From Opitutales bacterium (lineage in GTDB: Bacteria > Verrucomicrobiota > Verrucomicrobiia > Opitutales > UBA9783): a stretch of DNA of 10,702 bases. The notes below the pieces were generated by a model. It did not search any database. It saw only the letters and a list, made by a program, of their open reading frames with translations, and was not told where the DNA came from. The stretch covers positions 1 to 10,702 of the forward strand of contig JAKSVZ010000022.1 in the NCBI GenBank assembly GCA_024407725.1, in the 5' to 3' direction. The position numbers and the translations under genes were made by a program. Positions 7,560 to 10,702 of the stretch are shown here, in pieces. Each line of letters starts with the position of its first letter. Position 1 is the stretch's first letter.

Positions 7560-9848
7560 ATGGATGAGAGCAGCTTAATACAAAATTTAACGCTTATTCT
7601 AGTTACCGCTAGTTTAGTGTCAATTATCTTTTCAATGCTCCATTGGCCAACCATTCTAGGGTATTTGCTATCAGGGGTATTGGTTCATTCTTATTTTCCA
7701 ACGCATTGCAATGAAAATCATGTATTTATTCAAAGCATTAGCGAATTGGGGGTTATCTTCCTCATGTTTTGCGTTGGGTTGGAATTTGACTTAAAAAAGC
7801 TAAAACAAACGCTACTTCCTTGCTTGCTGGCCATGTTCCTTCAAGCATGCATGGGATTCTTTTTGGGAATCACCGTAGCACGAATCATAGGATTATCGGC
7901 GGCTTTAGGGCTGTTTTTAGGCGCAATTTTTTCGGTTAGCTCCACCATGGTGGCCATTCCCATCATCAAACAACAACATGCGTTACAGCAGCCGTTTGCG
8001 CAATTTACCATGGGTATAGCCATTTTAGAGGATATATTTGCGATTGTTTTATTGAGCGTCCTTTCGAGTATCCAAAATGGAAATTTTGGGTTCGGTAAAT
8101 GTTTGAATTTGGTATTTTGGATTACCATTTTTATGGTTTCCATAACCGTTTTTGGTCGGTTAATTGCCAACCGTATCATTGCTATCTTCAAAAAAATTTC
8201 CAATCAAGAAGTGATGAACGTATGTACCATCGGCATTGTATTATTGCTGAGTTACATTGCAAATGGCTATTCTAACGCCTTAGGTGCGTTTTTGGCGGGC
8301 GTTATTTTTTCCAATACACAAATCATCCATCACTTGGGCGAAAGTATTGCGCCTATCCGCGATATTTTTTCATCCATATTCTTTGTATCCATCGGCATGC
8401 TTATTGATTGTAGGCTGCTTTGGGAGTACAAATGGGTTATTTTAATATTAACCGTCCTTGTGGTTGTAGGACAATTAATGAGCGCTTGGTTAGGGTTTTT
8501 CTTGGGTGGGCAAAAGGGAGAGTTATCCTTCCGTGCATCCTTACCCAAAGCGCAGATTGGGGAATTCAGTTTTGTAATCGCAGCCCTTGCTACCTCCCTT
8601 GGATTGGATGACGGTCACCTAATGACCCTCACTATTGGGGTAGCAGTATTTAGCATTATTGCCGTCAATATCCTTTGTATTTACGAAGATGCAGTATTAA
8701 AAAAATTCGAGAAGATGGTTCCCAAAGGGCTGAAAACCTTGGGGCATACGTATCAAGTATTTTTACGCACGCTGCAAAACACGTTGTCGGCCAGTCGAGT
8801 GATCGGTATTGTACGAGTTCCGTTATTCAAAATCGTACTGCATTTCTTGATTATCAACGCCATTGTGTTCTGTGGATATAAAGCCTGTGGTATGTTAGAT
8901 CATACGTCCCTAAACCATGTCGTGTGGCTGCAGCGCGGAACCCTACTGCTAACCCTATTCCTGTCGCTCCCGTTTATCAATTGCATTGTTGGGAACCTCA
9001 ATAATATCCTTACGGAAATCTGCCAAAGTGCTTTAAAAAGAGCCTTTAAGCGCGCCATTGATCCGAATTCCATTGTATATCGCATCACAAAAATCATCCT
9101 GTTATCAATCGCAACCATTACCTTTATTTGGGCGTTTTTAATGGTTTCCGCTCAGTATTTGCCGCATTACATTCCAATTGTAGCTTTGGTGAGCATTGGT
9201 ATTATCGTCGGGGTGCTGTTTTGCACGAATCTGCGAAAACTTAACTCAAAATTTGAACTGAGCTTTTTAAATAGTTTTTCTGAAGCCCTCGAAGAACGGA
9301 ACGAACGGCGGCATGCAGCGGCGATAAAGTTAGTGGAGTCCAAACATCCATGGCCGGTCAAAGTGCGACGTGTTAGTATTAAGCCCTCTTCGCAATTAGT
9401 GGGATTAACCTTAGCCAATAGTCAATTGCGCGAACAAACGCATACCTTGCTATTGGGGATTATTCGCAACAGTTTTTGTTCGAATTACGTAGCTCCCGAT
9501 CATGTTTTTTACCCTGGGGATATTTTGGTGCTTTTGGGGACAGAAGAACAATTGAACCTCGCACACAAGTGGATTAATCTGCCAAAAATAGTACCTGAGA
9601 GCAATGACGTAGAGTTCGATTTGGATCAAATCATGGTAACCGACAACCATCCCTTTAATCAGGCGACCTTAGCCTCTCTAGATTTACGCAAAAAGTTTTC
9701 GGTTAATGTGGTAGGGATTCAGCGCAAAAAAGAACGCATTCAAGAATTGCACTTAAACGATATGTTTAAAGCGGGAGATAGCGTGTTTTTGGTTGGTAGC
9801 CGAAAAAATCTAGATGCGGTTAAACAAATGATTGAAGCCAATAGCTAA
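7560..9848 (+). CDS. Kef-type (CPA2) cation:proton antiporter with an extra membrane module and two C-terminal TrkA-C (RCK_C) domains
   Basis: The N-terminal roughly 400 aa have the Na+/H+-exchanger fold (LHWPTILGYLLSGVLV, SVSSTMVAIPIIK, GIAILEDIFAIVLLSVL, IGEFSFVIA). About nt 8800-9320 encodes further hydrophobic helices. About 9354-9580 and 9610-9830 encode two TrkA-C-like repeats (VSIKPSSQLVGLTLANSQLRE...GDILVLLGTEEQL and VTDNHPFNQATLASLDLRKKFSVNVVGIQR...GDSVFLVGSRKNL). The longest ORF starts at 7491, abutting the mreB start codon. I prefer ATG 7560 (MDESSLIQNL...), but 7491 cannot be excluded. Confidence 0.85.
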   Translation: MDESSLIQNLTLILVTASLVSIIFSMLHWPTILGYLLSGVLVHSYFPTHCNENHVFIQSISELGVIFLMFCVGLEFDLKKLKQTLLPCLLAMFLQACMGFFLGITVARIIGLSAALGLFLGAIFSVSSTMVAIPIIKQQHALQQPFAQFTMGIAILEDIFAIVLLSVLSSIQNGNFGFGKCLNLVFWITIFMVSITVFGRLIANRIIAIFKKISNQEVMNVCTIGIVLLLSYIANGYSNALGAFLAGVIFSNTQIIHHLGESIAPIRDIFSSIFFVSIGMLIDCRLLWEYKWVILILTVLVVVGQLMSAWLGFFLGGQKGELSFRASLPKAQIGEFSFVIAALATSLGLDDGHLMTLTIGVAVFSIIAVNILCIYEDAVLKKFEKMVPKGLKTLGHTYQVFLRTLQNTLSASRVIGIVRVPLFKIVLHFLIINAIVFCGYKACGMLDHTSLNHVVWLQRGTLLLTLFLSLPFINCIVGNLNNILTEICQSALKRAFKRAIDPNSIVYRITKIILLSIATITFIWAFLMVSAQYLPHYIPIVALVSIGIIVGVLFCTNLRKLNSKFELSFLNSFSEALEERNERRHAAAIKLVESKHPWPVKVRRVSIKPSSQLVGLTLANSQLREQTHTLLLGIIRNSFCSNYVAPDHVFYPGDILVLLGTEEQLNLAHKWINLPKIVPESNDVEFDLDQIMVTDNHPFNQATLASLDLRKKFSVNVVGIQRKKERIQELHLNDMFKAGDSVFLVGSRKNLDAVKQMIEANS

Positions 9849-9877
9849 GTATTTTGTTGATAACTGCGATTAACAAA

Positions 9878-9904
9878 TTGACTTAAGGCACAATTGCTTA
9901 TAGT
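9878..9904 (+). promoter_or_regulatory. Candidate promoter for tRNA-Pro
   Basis: TTGACT at 9878-9883 and TATAGT at 9899-9904, with a suboptimal 15-nt spacer. Alternatively TAGTAC at a 17-nt spacer. It ends 15 nt upstream of the tRNA. Confidence 0.3.
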
Positions 9905-9918
9905 ACTTAAAAATATTT

Positions 9919-9995
9919 CGGGATGTAGCTCAGCCTGGTAGAGCGCATGCTTTGGGAGCATGATGTCGCGAGTTCGAGTCTCGCCATCCCGACCA
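9919..9995 (+). tRNA. tRNA-Pro (anticodon UGG), CCA encoded
   Basis: Perfect hand-folded cloverleaf: acceptor CGGGATG/CATCCCG, D arm GCTC-AGCCTGGTA-GAGC, anticodon arm CATGC-TTTGGGA-GCATG (anticodon TGG), variable loop ATGTC, T arm GCGAG-TTCGAGT-CTCGC, then A-CCA. Confidence 0.95.
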
Positions 9996-10006
9996 GAATT
10001 GAGTTC

Positions 10007-10702
10007 ATGCATTTCAATCAAGTAGTTATTGACTCTATCGCCTATGCACTACCGGATGAACGGTGGACATCGGAACGCATCGAACAAGCATTAGCCCCAG
10101 TATACCAACGGCTACATTTACAAACAGGACGCTTAGAGCTGATGACGGGAATTAGCGAACGGCGCCATTGGTCCCCTGAACTTTTACCGTCGGAAGCAGC
10201 CACAAAAGCGGGTGAAGCGCTATTTAAAAAAACCGATTGTTCGCGTGACCAAATTGATGTGTTAATTTATGCATCTGTCTGCCGTGACCGTTTGGAGCCT
10301 GCAACTGCATCTTATGTCCATAAAAATTTAGGTTTATCGCCGCATACTCATTGCTTTGATCTGTCGAATGCGTGCTTGGGGGTATTAAACGCTTGTGTGG
10401 TTGGGGCGTCGATGATTGAAACCAATACCGTGCGATCGGTGCTCATTGTATCCGGTGAAAACGGTCGGCCTTTGTTGGACAACACCCTAAAAACCTTGCT
10501 TAATGATCCGAATTTGAGCCGTTCGTCCATCAAACCGTATTTTGCAAACTTCACCATTGGTTCGGGAGCAGTTGCAATTCTTTTGCGCAACCGACACGAT
10601 GTAAGTTCGCCAAAACCGCTTTTGTTGGGGGGCATTGTACGTGCTGATTCGCAAGCAAGCAATTTATGCGAAGGTCAGGCAGTTCCGGGAGGATTAGCTA
10701 TG
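10007..10702 (+). CDS. FabH-like beta-ketoacyl-ACP synthase III family condensing enzyme, N-terminal 232 codons (continues past the window end)
   Basis: My own translation from ATG 10007 stays open to the last base: MHFNQVVIDSIAYALPDERWTSERIEQ...DVLIYASVCRDRLEPATASYVHKNLGLSPHTHCFDLSNACLGVLNACVVGASMIE...FTIGSGAVAILL. The thiolase-fold KAS III N-domain has its nucleophile Cys in FDLSNAC. It is absent from the ORF track only because it has no stop in the window. Confidence 0.85.
   Translation, partial: MHFNQVVIDSIAYALPDERWTSERIEQALAPVYQRLHLQTGRLELMTGISERRHWSPELLPSEAATKAGEALFKKTDCSRDQIDVLIYASVCRDRLEPATASYVHKNLGLSPHTHCFDLSNACLGVLNACVVGASMIETNTVRSVLIVSGENGRPLLDNTLKTLLNDPNLSRSSIKPYFANFTIGSGAVAILLRNRHDVSSPKPLLLGGIVRADSQASNLCEGQAVPGGLAM

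Noticed and set aside
7841-9650. Seven ORFs of 63-120 aa (both strands) inside the antiporter gene, including 7841-8203 - (120 aa)
   Set aside because: All sit within the continuous 785-aa antiporter frame, whose domain content is coherent end to end. The embedded ORFs have no independent support.
9854-9876. Imperfect hairpin TTGTTGAT-aactgcg-ATTAACAA just after the antiporter stop, considered as a terminator
   Set aside because: The stem is AT-rich, includes a G:T wobble and has no downstream T-run. That is too weak to call an intrinsic terminator.
10348-10662. 104-aa minus-strand ORF near the right edge
   Set aside because: It is antisense to the FabH-like CDS, which translates cleanly from 10007 to the window end with a clear KAS III active-site motif. 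This makes it a shadow ORF.
1-10702. Search for CRISPR repeats, IS or transposon ends, integrase or att duplications of tRNA 3' ends, toxin-antitoxin pairs, and defence-island gene content
   Set aside because: I saw no spaced direct repeats, terminal inverted repeats, recombinase-like ORFs or obvious duplicated tRNA 3' segments by eye. Every substantial ORF is accounted for by a housekeeping function. An exhaustive repeat search would need a computation I cannot run.

Overview
This window looks like an ordinary, densely packed chromosomal core region from a moderately AT-rich bacterium. I see no mobile element, CRISPR array, integrase, toxin-antitoxin pair or defence-like cluster, and I cannot support a claim of a novel system here. 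Gene order, left to right: (1) a GC-richer left edge whose +1 frame closes at TAG 82-84; (2) a 121-aa ORF holding only the C-terminal part of an ABC-transporter permease (+); (3) truA (-); (4) tRNA-Lys(UUU), a small dimeric-dUTPase-family gene and lgt (all +); (5) ftsK, mreD, mreC and mreB (all -, tightly spaced); (6) a 762-785 aa Kef-type (CPA2) cation:proton antiporter with tandem C-terminal TrkA-C domains (+); (7) tRNA-Pro(UGG) (+); (8) the first 232 codons of a FabH-like KAS III condensing enzyme, which runs off the right edge and is missing from the ORF track because it has no stop. The points worth a second look are modest. Both tRNAs sit only 11-13 nt upstream of an ATG. Shine-Dalgarno motifs are nearly absent, and truA may be leaderless. 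mreBCD runs straight into ftsK. The antiporter has an unusual domain architecture, and its longest ORF starts on the base next to the mreB start codon. The permease is truncated and sits at a compositional break. All other ORFs in the track are shadow ORFs inside these genes.
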